Source: an uncultured Acidobacteriota bacterium (GTDB lineage: Bacteria > Actinomycetota > Acidimicrobiia > Spongiisociales > ZC4RG35). From it: DNA of 64,000 nt. The stretch covers positions 51,337 through 115,336 of the forward strand of contig CAWGJI010000014.1 of NCBI GenBank assembly GCA_963822895.1, in the 5' to 3' direction. Positions 38,343 to 47,301 of the stretch are shown here, piece after piece (position 1 is the stretch's first letter; each line of letters opens with the position of its first letter). The notes beneath the pieces were generated by a model that saw only the letters and a list, made by a program, of their open reading frames with translations, was not told the DNA's origin and ran no database searches. The position numbers were made by a program, and so were the translations under genes.

Positions 38343-39668
38343 TTACGCCCGGATGGCGACCAGATCCTGGCCGGGTCGGACGGTCAGACGTCGAGTCACG
38401 AGAAAGGTCGTCCTTGGGCCGATGCCACGGAGGTCTACGGTTCCTCTCGGTTCGTAGGCGAAGTCCCCTCGGGTCAGGGCTCGGGTCTCCTCGCTGACCT
38501 GGATTCGTCCCGGGACTCCCGACGATTCGAGCCGGGCGGCGATGTTGACCGTCGTTCCCCAGACGTCATATGCGAATTTGCGGGTGCCGATCACGCCCCC
38601 GGCCACAGGGCCAGAGTGAACCCCGATCCGTAGTGCCAGCCCGGGGAAGTGCTCGGTCGAGCCCGTGCAAGTCTGCATGGCCACGGCCAGGTCGACTACG
38701 CGGGTTGCATGATCGGGAAGCGGGTCGGGGAGACCTCCCACTGCCATGTATGCGTCGCCGATCGTTTTGATCTTCTCCAGGCCCCGCTCGGCGACGAGGT
38801 CGTCGAACATTGTGAAGAGCCCGTTCAACATGGTGATGACGTCGTCGGCGGCCATCTCGGAGGTCATCGCCGTGAAGCCGACGATGTCGGCAAACAAGAT
38901 GGTGGCGTTGGGAAAATCGTCGGCGATTGGGTTCTCGCCCGCTCGCAGACGTTTCGACACCGCCGCCGGCAGTACGTTGAGAAGGAGACGCTCGGACTCG
39001 GAGCGTTCTACTTCGATGGCTGCGCTCTGCTCTTCGATCACAAGCCGCTGATGCCATACCCGGCGTCGGTTTCGCTCGATGAGACGGAGACCGATGAGAC
39101 TGCCGATCGAAGCTGCTGCGAGGAAGAAGGCATCCAGCACGAGACCCTCCGGCACGTCATATGTTGCCCAGACCACGACGAACCCGACGGCGATCACAGC
39201 CGTGCGCACGAAGGCATAGATGAACCGGGTGCGAGAAACGAACCCGAACACGTACAGCAGCATGATCCCGGATACCGCAAACCCATGGAGTGCGTCGCCG
39301 GCGGCGGCGAGGAGGAGGATCACGAGCCCATTGGCCGACGTGAGCAGGGATGCCAAGCCATGCTGGCGGTTCATGGTCTTCGCCCACGGCGCGACGACGA
39401 AGCAGACCAAGCCGACTACAGCCATCGCTCCACCGACCAGGGCGGAGAGTCCGGCAGAGATATCTGTTCCGTGGGGGATGAGGATGGCCGCCAACACCCA
39501 AAGCAAGACCGTTGCGCCGGTGATGATGCGATAGCCCCCAAGACCCGTCTCGCCCTCCTCGCGCTGAAACTCCTCCTCCAACACGGGATCTTCGAATCTG
39601 AGGCTGAAAGACGCGAGCGTCCCCCGCTCGCTGATGTCAGGCATCGGTGAAGGATACGACGCGACCAC
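38343..39668 (-). CDS. Membrane-anchored class III adenylate/guanylate cyclase.
   Basis: Six N-terminal TM helices are followed by a cyclase homology domain ('ILFADIVGFT...KTIGDAYMAVGG'). Confidence 0.85.
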   Translation of the reverse strand: MVASYPSPMPDISERGTLASFSLRFEDPVLEEEFQREEGETGLGGYRIITGATVLLWVLAAILIPHGTDISAGLSALVGGAMAVVGLVCFVVAPWAKTMNRQHGLASLLTSANGLVILLLAAAGDALHGFAVSGIMLLYVFGFVSRTRFIYAFVRTAVIAVGFVVVWATYDVPEGLVLDAFFLAAASIGSLIGLRLIERNRRRVWHQRLVIEEQSAAIEVERSESERLLLNVLPAAVSKRLRAGENPIADDFPNATILFADIVGFTAMTSEMAADDVITMLNGLFTMFDDLVAERGLEKIKTIGDAYMAVGGLPDPLPDHATRVVDLAVAMQTCTGSTEHFPGLALRIGVHSGPVAGGVIGTRKFAYDVWGTTVNIAARLESSGVPGRIQVSEETRALTRGDFAYEPRGTVDLRGIGPRTTFLVTRRLTVRPGQDLVAIRA

Positions 39669-39717
39669 CCGGATTGGCTCGTCCCTTTCGGGATCGTGCC
39701 GCCATCGTCAGCCCTGG

Positions 39718-39756
39718 TTGACGTAAGTTACGTTTTCAGTTAACGTAGCTTACGTT
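39718..39756. promoter_or_regulatory. PadR promoter with two palindromic operators.
   Basis: The two sites are 'ACGTAAgTTACGT' and 'TAACGTAgctTACGTTA'. 'TTGACG-N17-TAACGT' is a possible −35/−10 pair. The second site ends at the ATG at 39757, so the transcript is probably leaderless. Confidence 0.5.
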
Positions 39757-40224
39757 ATGGCTCGGGTTTTCAGACGAGGTGAGCTGAAGGAGGCGATCGT
39801 GGTCGTGTTGGCCAAGATCGGCGAGGCTCATGGGTACGCCATCATGGGCGAACTCGAAGCCCGGGTCGATGGCGGTTGGAAAGCGAGCCCGGGAGCGATC
39901 TACCCGGCCCTGATGGCCCTGGTCGAATCGGGCCATGTGAGCTTCGAGGATCGCGACGACTTGCGCATCTATGCACTGACCGATGTCGGACGCAAGGCCG
40001 CCGCTTCTTCGAGCTGGGGGAACCGTTGGAGCGCCCTCACTGCCAAAGCCGAGAGGGCAGACGACCGTGTTGCGGTTGGTTCCCTGCTCGACGAATTCGC
40101 TTCGACATCTCCGCTTCGGCGTCGTCTCGCCGGTTCGGAACAGCAACGAGAAATCGAGTCCATTCTCGAAAAGGCTCATGCCGAGATCGAGGAAACACTC
40201 GAGGAAGGAAACGAAGATGGATGA
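39757..40224 (+). CDS. PadR-family transcriptional regulator.
   Basis: The PadR wHTH 'AIVVVLAKIGEAHGYAIMGELE...GAIYPALMALVESG' is present. Confidence 0.85.
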   Translation: MARVFRRGELKEAIVVVLAKIGEAHGYAIMGELEARVDGGWKASPGAIYPALMALVESGHVSFEDRDDLRIYALTDVGRKAAASSSWGNRWSALTAKAERADDRVAVGSLLDEFASTSPLRRRLAGSEQQREIESILEKAHAEIEETLEEGNEDG

Positions 40225-40492
40225 GTTCGGAGAAATGGCGGCGCGGGAACGAGAGGCCAGGCGGATAGCCCGTCGGCAGTGGTTCTGGCTTCACTTCGCG
40301 GTGTTCGCGACGACCCAGGCGTTCTTGATCATCATCTGGGCGCTGAGCTCAGCCACCTACCCGTGGTTCATATTCCCGCTATTCGGCTGGGGGATTCTGA
40401 TCGCCGCCCACGCTGTCTTCGCCTTCGTGGTCAAGTCACCGGAGGAGATCATGGTCGAGCGTGAGGCAAGGGGACCAGGTGAACCACGGTGA
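40219..40492 (+). CDS. 2TM-domain small membrane protein.
   Basis: The motif 'RRQWFWLHFAVFATTQAFLIIIW...WFIFPLFGWGILIAAHA' is present. Its start overlaps the PadR stop. Confidence 0.65.
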
Positions 40493-41310
40493 CCTGGCTC
40501 CTCGAGGCCTATACGGACCGCCGAACGTATGGAGCGCTCGGCTATCTCCTGTTGGGCCTCCCGTTGGGCATATTCGGTTTCATCGTCATCATGACCGGGC
40601 TCTCTCTCGGCTTGGGACTGCTACTGACACTGCTCGGGATCCCGATCCTCGTTCTCACCTTGCTCTTCGCCCGTGGGCTCGCTGGGCTCCACCGCCAGAT
40701 TGCATGGTCGATGCTGGAGGCACCTCTGCCACGTAGACCAGCTCAACTCATCGAAGCCCCCGGCGTCTTCTGGCAGCGTCTACGCGACCTGATCACCAGC
40801 CCAAAGACCTGGCGCGAGGTCGCCTTTGCGTTGGCGACCCTCCCGATGGGTATCGTCGGGTTCACCCTCGTCGTGACCCTGGTCGCACTGATGTTCGGTG
40901 GTATCGCCCAGCCCATCGCCACCGCCACCGGGGTTCAGACTCAGATCGGCACCTGGACCATCGACACAATCCCAGAATCACTCGTGTACTTGCCGCTTAG
41001 TCTCTTGTTTCTCTTGGTTGGTCCGAGGATCTTGCTCGGACTGGGAACCGTTGCCGGGCGAATCACCGCTTGGTTTCTAGGCCACATTGGGCTCGAAGAC
41101 CTGAAGAGAGCCGTCACGCAGTCGCTCGCTCAGGATGGTGAGTTGGGCGGCGTTGCGATCCTCGATCAGCTTCAGTTGAGGTTCGGGCGCGGAGCCCGGC
41201 TCAGCCCGACACGGGTTCAGGCAGCACTCATCGCCCTCGAGTCGACCGGAAAGGTCACCGCCCGGACCGGTCCCACCGGCGTGGTGTATCGGCTCAGCGA
41301 AAGAACGTGA
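40489..41310 (+). CDS. Putative sensor-domain (PF13796-like) membrane protein.
   Basis: Multiple TM segments are present. Its GTG start forms a GTGA overlap with the 2TM gene. Confidence 0.5.
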   Translation: MTWLLEAYTDRRTYGALGYLLLGLPLGIFGFIVIMTGLSLGLGLLLTLLGIPILVLTLLFARGLAGLHRQIAWSMLEAPLPRRPAQLIEAPGVFWQRLRDLITSPKTWREVAFALATLPMGIVGFTLVVTLVALMFGGIAQPIATATGVQTQIGTWTIDTIPESLVYLPLSLLFLLVGPRILLGLGTVAGRITAWFLGHIGLEDLKRAVTQSLAQDGELGGVAILDQLQLRFGRGARLSPTRVQAALIALESTGKVTARTGPTGVVYRLSERT

Positions 41311-41439
41311 CCGGAGGGTGCCGTCCCGGCGACATGCAGAGTGGCGACGTCGAAGTCAATGCCGACCCGCACGCCCTCCAACCTGTCACCCAGGGACCTG
41401 ACGCCCTTGATGAGAAGTCAGGCAGGACCACCGCTCGCA

Positions 41440-41583
41440 CTACTGCCGGTCGTGCGGCGGCCGACCCAGAAAGTCCCGTATGTCACCCAGTGATCTAACG
41501 CCCTTGATGAGAAACCAGATAATGATGATCGTGGCGATCACGCCAAGTCCTGCGGCGACGATTCCGATGATTTGCACGTCCAT
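41440..41583 (-). CDS. Small hydrophobic protein of 47 aa.
   Basis: 'MDVQIIGIVAAGLGVIATIIIIWFLIKGVRSLGD...' has one TM helix. An RBS 'GAGAGG' lies upstream. Confidence 0.3.
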   Translation of the reverse strand: MDVQIIGIVAAGLGVIATIIIIWFLIKGVRSLGDIRDFLGRPPHDRQ

Positions 41584-41645
41584 GGCGTTCCTCTCTTCCG
41601 ATTCTGCCAGTTGTGAAATCTATTAGTTATGATAGTCAGAACTAG

Positions 41646-41651
41646 TATAAT
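41646..41651 (+). promoter_or_regulatory. Consensus −10 hexamer TATAAT, 9 nt upstream of the GntR start.
   Basis: It lies in an AT-rich divergent region. The spacing implies a leaderless transcript starting at the ATG at 41661. Confidence 0.4.
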
Positions 41652-41660
41652 ACGAGTACC

Positions 41661-42014
41661 ATGGATGTCCAACTGCAACTCGATCGGGACTTCGCGGATC
41701 GCCCTCTGCATGAACGGATTGCTGCCACAATCCGCAAGGCTGTTTCCGACAATGACCTTGCGGCGGGCGCACGGCTTCCGTCGGCGAGCGACCTGGCAGA
41801 TTGGTTCGAGGTCAACGTGAATACGGTGCTGCGGGCCTATCGCCAGTTGGCGAGCGAGAAACTGATCGACCTGCGTCCCGGTCGAGGAGCGACGGTTACG
41901 GGCGAGCCGGCTCTGACTCGGCTGCTCGATCTGGCGGACGAGTTGCTCGATGAGGCTGCCCGACTGGGAATCACCCGGGGCGAACTCGCACGGATACTTG
42001 CGCAGCGATCCTGA
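41661..42014 (+). CDS. Short GntR-family HTH regulator.
   Basis: 'LPSASDLADWFEVNVNTVLRAYRQLASEKLI' is a GntR HTH motif. Confidence 0.75.
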   Translation: MDVQLQLDRDFADRPLHERIAATIRKAVSDNDLAAGARLPSASDLADWFEVNVNTVLRAYRQLASEKLIDLRPGRGATVTGEPALTRLLDLADELLDEAARLGITRGELARILAQRS

Positions 42015-42156
42015 CGATATTCGACGCAGTCAGCCCGACTCGCGCGATTCGCAACACGCCACCAGATAACAACAGCGATCGCGCCGGAGAAGATCGCCTG
42101 GCGAACCATCCTTCGTGAATCGGGCCGAAAAGTCTCCGATCCGACGCCGGGCTTCG

Positions 42157-44904
42157 TCAGCTGAGCGAGTCGATGAGATCCTTGGCCACGGAACGATATG
42201 CCATCGTCGAGGCATCGGCCATGGCTCGCTCGTAATCCCCTTGTTCCATCGAGTCGTGCAGGGCCTCGAGCTGTTCTGAGGCCACAGCGGCGATCGAGGT
42301 GTTCTCGGTGAACATTTGACGATTGCTCGCCGGGTCTGCGATCACCGTGGCAAGAATCTGCGCGGCTTCACTCGATCTCTCGGTGGCCGAGAACACCATG
42401 GCGATCTTCACCAGCGTCAGAAGCATCTCCAGCACCATGCCGGTCCGTTCTGTCACACGAAGGCTCTCAACGAATGCCGCCTCGGCTGCAGGCAGGTCGC
42501 CTGTCGCGAGATTGGCTTCTCCCAAACCCATCAGCGATACCTGCATGGCCCTCGGGAAACCGATGCGAGTGGCCTTATCGGCCGACTTCGTGAAGAGGTC
42601 GATGGCGTGATCGAGACCTCCCGACGCTGTGGCCATCCTGCCGCGGTGCCCCAGATTCCAGGTCATGTAGTAGAGGTCGTCCAGCGGCTCGAGGACCTCC
42701 CGGCTCTCGTCGAGGAGCCGCTTGGCCAATTCGGGCTCGCCCGTCATGAGGGCGATGAAGGCTCGAAGGTTCTTGATCCCGGCGGCCCAGAAGCGACCCT
42801 CGGCCCAATCGGCCTCCGATTCCGCCTTCGCTATGGCCAAATCGACGGTCTCCGCTCCCTCGGTGAGTCGTCCCAGATACAGCTGTGTCTGCGCCTTCAG
42901 CATGCCAACGAAGAACAGCGGCACAGGATCACCAGTGACACTCAAATCGTCGAAGGCGCTTGCGACCGTCGAGGCACCTGCCTCGACTTGACCGAGCATC
43001 GATGTAAAGACCCCATGCATGGCGACAACCCAGGCCCGAGACACTCCCAGCTCAGGGCTCGTGTTGTCCCCTATGACCTCGAGAGCCTCCCGGAACAGTG
43101 TCAATCCTGCCTGGTTCCAGCCGCGGCTCTCGTGGATCAGCCACAGCCCCACGACCATCTTCGGAATCCCGGTTGCGTTGCCGGTAGCGACCTGATGGCG
43201 CCACGCCGGCCTGATGTTGTCGAGGTCGTATTCGATTGTCCTGAGGGCGCTGATCTCGTCACCCCGAGCGAACGATTCGACGGCGCTTTCGCAGAGGTCG
43301 CTGTAGTAGTCGGCATGCGCCTCGCGAACGACGCGGTCGCGATCCGGGAGGCGGGCCAACTCCGTCTCGGCATATTGGCGTAGGAGCTCATGAATCCCGT
43401 ACCTGCCGCTGTCCGGGTTCGGCACCACCAGGGTCTTGTTGGCAAGGTTGGCGAGGTCCCGTAGAGAGGCTCCTGCAATCGCTTCAGCCGCATCCCGGGT
43501 GAAACCGCCCCGGAACACCGACAGGGCCGAAAACGCATCCTTCTCAGCGCTGTCGAGGAGACCCCAGCTGTAGTCGAACACAGCCCGGATGCTGCGGTGC
43601 CGATCCGGGACGTCTCCCAGAGTGGTTTCGAGGAAGTCGAGGCTCTTGGCGATCTCGACTGCGATGTCGGGAATCGAGAGCATGTCCACCCAGGCCGCTG
43701 CCAGCAGGATCCCCAAGGGCATCCCACCGGTGAGACGAAGGATCTCGGCGAGAGCCTCCAGATCCTCGGTCTTGAGTGTCAGCCCGGGATTGGAACGATG
43801 CGCTGCATCGAGGAACAAGCGCACCCCGCTGGTCCGCAGGGCTGCCTCGGGCGTATCCCAGCTACTGCCCAGCCCTACGAGTGGCATGATCGCTTCGCCG
43901 GTCAGATTCAGCTTGGAACGCGAGGTAGCGATCACTTTCACTTTCGGGGCAGCTCGAAGAATCTCCGAGACGATCCGTGCTCCGTCGCTCAAGTGCTCGA
44001 AGTTGTCGAACACCAGCAATTGGTGTCTCGGACCGAGGTACTCCAGTAACTGGGTTTGTGGGTCCCGGTCAGAGGAATAGGCAACGCCAACCTCCTCGGC
44101 CACTGTCTGCAGGATGTCGCCATTCGTCGCGAGATCGGCCAGACCAATGAAGAACACCCCGTCGGGGTACTCGCCGGCAAGGTCGGCCGCTGCCTGAATC
44201 GCCAACCGGGTCTTGCCCGTGCCTCCGGGGGCCAGGAGGGTCAGCAGCCGGGTCTCACCCAACAATCTCTTGAGATCAGCCAGTTCGGCGTCTCTGCCGA
44301 TCAGCTCGGTCAGCTGTTCCGGCAGATTGTTGGCGACCGCGTCGAGCGAGTTCAGCGGTGGAAAGGAGCCCTCCAGGCCGCTGACGTTCAACTGGAACAC
44401 GCGCTCGGGCCGGGTCAGATCCTTCAGCCGATGAGCACCGAGATCGGTGGCCGTCACTCCGGCGGGCAAGTGATCCTGCACCAGTTCGAATGTCGAGCCC
44501 GAGCACAGTGTCTGGCCACCATGGGCGATCGCCCGCAGTCTTGCCGCCCGATTGACGGCCGGGCCGTAGTAGTCCCCGAGCACCAGATCCGCTGACCCGG
44601 TATGCAACGACGCCCGCACTCGCAACGGCCTCGGCGTGGGCCAATCCAATTCGACCAGCCGACGTTGTATCTCCATCGAGCCACTCACGGCGTCGATTGC
44701 CGACCGAAAGACCACAAACTGACTGTCGCCTTCACCACGTGGCTTCACCGGCACTCCGCCGAAGGCTTCGACCGACGCGCTGATCGCTTCGTCATGGAGA
44801 CGCAGCGCCGCCATCATCGAATCGGGCGCTTCTTCCCACAGTCGCGTGCTGCCTTCTACATCGGTGAATAGAAAGGTGACAACACCATCAGGGAGTTTCT
44901 CCAT
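42157..44904 (-). CDS. STAND-type signalling protein: class III cyclase domain + AAA/NB-ARC ATPase + TPR repeats.
   Basis: N-terminal 'VVTFLFTDVEGSTRLW...' is a cyclase homology domain. The Walker A is 'LLAPGGTGKTRLA', and the C-terminal half is long and helical. The length is 915 aa. Confidence 0.8.
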   Translation of the reverse strand: MEKLPDGVVTFLFTDVEGSTRLWEEAPDSMMAALRLHDEAISASVEAFGGVPVKPRGEGDSQFVVFRSAIDAVSGSMEIQRRLVELDWPTPRPLRVRASLHTGSADLVLGDYYGPAVNRAARLRAIAHGGQTLCSGSTFELVQDHLPAGVTATDLGAHRLKDLTRPERVFQLNVSGLEGSFPPLNSLDAVANNLPEQLTELIGRDAELADLKRLLGETRLLTLLAPGGTGKTRLAIQAAADLAGEYPDGVFFIGLADLATNGDILQTVAEEVGVAYSSDRDPQTQLLEYLGPRHQLLVFDNFEHLSDGARIVSEILRAAPKVKVIATSRSKLNLTGEAIMPLVGLGSSWDTPEAALRTSGVRLFLDAAHRSNPGLTLKTEDLEALAEILRLTGGMPLGILLAAAWVDMLSIPDIAVEIAKSLDFLETTLGDVPDRHRSIRAVFDYSWGLLDSAEKDAFSALSVFRGGFTRDAAEAIAGASLRDLANLANKTLVVPNPDSGRYGIHELLRQYAETELARLPDRDRVVREAHADYYSDLCESAVESFARGDEISALRTIEYDLDNIRPAWRHQVATGNATGIPKMVVGLWLIHESRGWNQAGLTLFREALEVIGDNTSPELGVSRAWVVAMHGVFTSMLGQVEAGASTVASAFDDLSVTGDPVPLFFVGMLKAQTQLYLGRLTEGAETVDLAIAKAESEADWAEGRFWAAGIKNLRAFIALMTGEPELAKRLLDESREVLEPLDDLYYMTWNLGHRGRMATASGGLDHAIDLFTKSADKATRIGFPRAMQVSLMGLGEANLATGDLPAAEAAFVESLRVTERTGMVLEMLLTLVKIAMVFSATERSSEAAQILATVIADPASNRQMFTENTSIAAVASEQLEALHDSMEQGDYERAMADASTMAYRSVAKDLIDSLS

Positions 44905-44994
44905 CAGGGCGGAGCCTAGAGGTGGAGTGCCAATGATCGGCCGTAATCGGCCGCCTCTGTTCGCCCAGATGTCGCCTGCTCTGCCCTATGCCAC

Positions 44995-45750
44995 CTAGTT
45001 CGTCATCCGGCTCTGATCACCGCAGGTGCCCACCAGCGTCCCGGGCGCCGAGTCACCGGTCACCGCGTCGTCGAAGACGCCCTCGGCAGTGACCTCGTAG
45101 CCGTCGAGGACGATGCCCTGGTCGGCAACCATCTTCCACGAGACCGCCGGGCTCTCGAAGTCATCGATGTCATCGACGAAGACCTCATGGGTGAGACCCT
45201 CACCCTCGAGACGTCCTTGCCCTGAATCGTCCTCGATGTTGGCCTGCAGCTGGATCCTGGTCCCGTCGATCTCCCCAAAGGTGTTGGTGGAGAGGCTGAA
45301 GGTGTCGCTCTGCGTCGCTTCCAGTCCCACGGCGCATAGGAAGTTGTCGAACTCCCAGGTCATGTCACCGATGGTGAGGGTTACGTTCCCGGGGTTGAGA
45401 CGCGAGGAGATCGCGGTCTGCATCTCTTCAGTGAGGTTGGCTGCGGTCGGGTTGTTTTGAGCAGCCTCGAAGTCCACCGTGCGCAGGTCGATGTTCTGCC
45501 AATCGATAGTGGTCAGATCCACGGTCGCCCAGTCGATGTCCGAGCCATCCACGATGCCGCTCGATCCCGACTTGGTCGGCTCGGTCACTTCATCCCCGCC
45601 GGCAGCGGTTGTGCTTGTCACCTCACCGACGGTCTCAGTGACCGGCTCCGCAGGCTGGGTTGTGTCGGCTTCCGTCTGACCCGATGCGCATGCACCGATG
45701 AGTAGCGACATCGCCAATGCGATCGATGTTTTCGAGAGTCGTGCCGACAT
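44995..45750 (-). CDS. Acidic hypothetical lipoprotein.
   Basis: The signal and lipobox 'SIALAMSLLIGACASG' are followed by a Thr/Asp-rich mature region. Confidence 0.5.
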   Translation of the reverse strand: MSARLSKTSIALAMSLLIGACASGQTEADTTQPAEPVTETVGEVTSTTAAGGDEVTEPTKSGSSGIVDGSDIDWATVDLTTIDWQNIDLRTVDFEAAQNNPTAANLTEEMQTAISSRLNPGNVTLTIGDMTWEFDNFLCAVGLEATQSDTFSLSTNTFGEIDGTRIQLQANIEDDSGQGRLEGEGLTHEVFVDDIDDFESPAVSWKMVADQGIVLDGYEVTAEGVFDDAVTGDSAPGTLVGTCGDQSRMTN

Positions 45751-45879
45751 ATGAGAGCCTCCAATCTCGTCGGGGCGTGCGGGGGGCACCCTAGCCAGGC
45801 GCGTTTGGAAGCCGACGGGGCGGGTTCGTTGCTCGCGTGGTCACGACACGTAGTGATCGTATGACTGACTGTAGGTTCG

Positions 45880-47217
45880 ATGCCGATGACTTCGATTCCC
45901 AACACCACCCGGTATGCGGACAAGGGTGGGGTGCACATCGCCTATCAGACCGTGGGGGAAGGACCGGATCTGATCTTCTCGTCGGGAATCTTCTCCAACC
46001 TCGATGTCATGTGGGAGGAGCCACGTTTCGCTCATTTCCTGAATCGGCTCGCCGCATTCTCTCGTGTCACCGTGTTCGACATGCGTGGGGTCGGCCTGTC
46101 AGACCGGGGAGTCGAGCCACCGATCATCGAACGCCAACGCGACGACATCGGAGCGGTGATGGATGCGGTTGGAGTTGAGAGCGCCATCGTCTTCGGTGTG
46201 GCGAGGGCAGCGAGTATGTCGATGATGTTTGCCGCCACACATCCCGAGCGCACCGAGGCTCTCGTCCTCTACGCCCCGTCGGTGAAGCGGGTCGCCACCG
46301 AGGAATTCCCGGAGGCGTTGAGCCCTGATCTCCAGGAGGAGTTCGCCAGCCGATTCGTCAGCGAGATGGGGACCGGTAAGAACGTGTCGATTCAAGCCCC
46401 GTCCCTGGCCGGCGACGAGCGTTTCGTCAAGTGGTGGGCTCGGTTTGAGCGGCTGGTGGCGACCCCAAGCCGCTACCGGGAACTGGCCCAGATCCTGACT
46501 GATCTCGACGTTCGACCGGTGCTGCCCGCCATTCATGTCCCGACCCTGGTCTTGCAACGGAGTGAAGACCTGATCGTTCCTGCCAGCCAAGGGCGTTACG
46601 CCGCCGAGCACATCGCCGACGCTCGATACGTCGAGTTGCCTGGCGAGGATCATCTGCCCATCGCAGGGAACGCGGACGCCGTCTTGGACGAGATCGAAGA
46701 GTTCATCACGGGCTCTAGGCCGGCTCCCAAGACGAACCGGAGGCTCACCACCGTTCTGTTCACCGACATCGTGGACTCCACCGTGCATCAGGCCTTGGTC
46801 GGCGATCGGGAGTGGAAGCAGTTGGTCGAGACACACAACCAAATCGTCCGCCGACACCTGTCCCGGTTGGGCGGCAACGAACAGGACACCGCCGGTGACG
46901 GCTTCTACGCGGTCTTCGACGGCCCGGCGCGCGCCATCGAGTGTGCTCACTCGGTCATCACCGATCTCGAGCCGCTCGGACTAGAGGTCAGGGCCGGGGT
47001 GCACACCGGGGAGTGCGAGATCGCCGACGGCAAGTGCGCCGGCCTCGCTGTGTCGATCGGGGCCAGGGTGATGGGCCTGGCGGGACCGTCGGAGATCCTG
47101 GTCTCCCAGACCGTCAGGGACCTGACCGTCGGTGGCGACCTGAGACTCGAGCCCGCCGGCGAGCACGAGCTGAAGGGAATACCGGACCGCTGGCGGCTGT
47201 ATCGGGTCGTGGAGTAG
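45880..47217 (+). CDS. Alpha/beta-hydrolase fused to a class III adenylate/guanylate cyclase domain.
   Basis: The N-terminal abhydrolase fold is followed by C-terminal 'LTTVLFTDIVDSTVHQ...GDGFYAVFDGPARAIECA'. Confidence 0.75.
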   Translation: MPMTSIPNTTRYADKGGVHIAYQTVGEGPDLIFSSGIFSNLDVMWEEPRFAHFLNRLAAFSRVTVFDMRGVGLSDRGVEPPIIERQRDDIGAVMDAVGVESAIVFGVARAASMSMMFAATHPERTEALVLYAPSVKRVATEEFPEALSPDLQEEFASRFVSEMGTGKNVSIQAPSLAGDERFVKWWARFERLVATPSRYRELAQILTDLDVRPVLPAIHVPTLVLQRSEDLIVPASQGRYAAEHIADARYVELPGEDHLPIAGNADAVLDEIEEFITGSRPAPKTNRRLTTVLFTDIVDSTVHQALVGDREWKQLVETHNQIVRRHLSRLGGNEQDTAGDGFYAVFDGPARAIECAHSVITDLEPLGLEVRAGVHTGECEIADGKCAGLAVSIGARVMGLAGPSEILVSQTVRDLTVGGDLRLEPAGEHELKGIPDRWRLYRVVE

Positions 47218-47301
47218 GTCGGGCGAACCGACTATCGCTTTGGCGGGCCGGTCGTCTAAATCGGCTTTGGGATCAGTGGTCGCCTTGTAAAGCTGGTAGC
47301 C

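Noticed and set aside
38649-39650. 333-aa ORF antisense to the membrane adenylate cyclase.
   Set aside because: It is antisense to a gene with a clear cyclase homology domain.
41396-41421. 'CUUGAUGAG' resembling the hammerhead-ribozyme CUGAUGA core.
   Set aside because: It is not an exact core match, and there is no GAAA or three-stem architecture. It is better explained as a partial duplicate of the small ORF's 3' end.
42316-43383. 355-aa ORF antisense to the STAND protein.
   Set aside because: It is antisense to a gene with Walker A and cyclase motifs.
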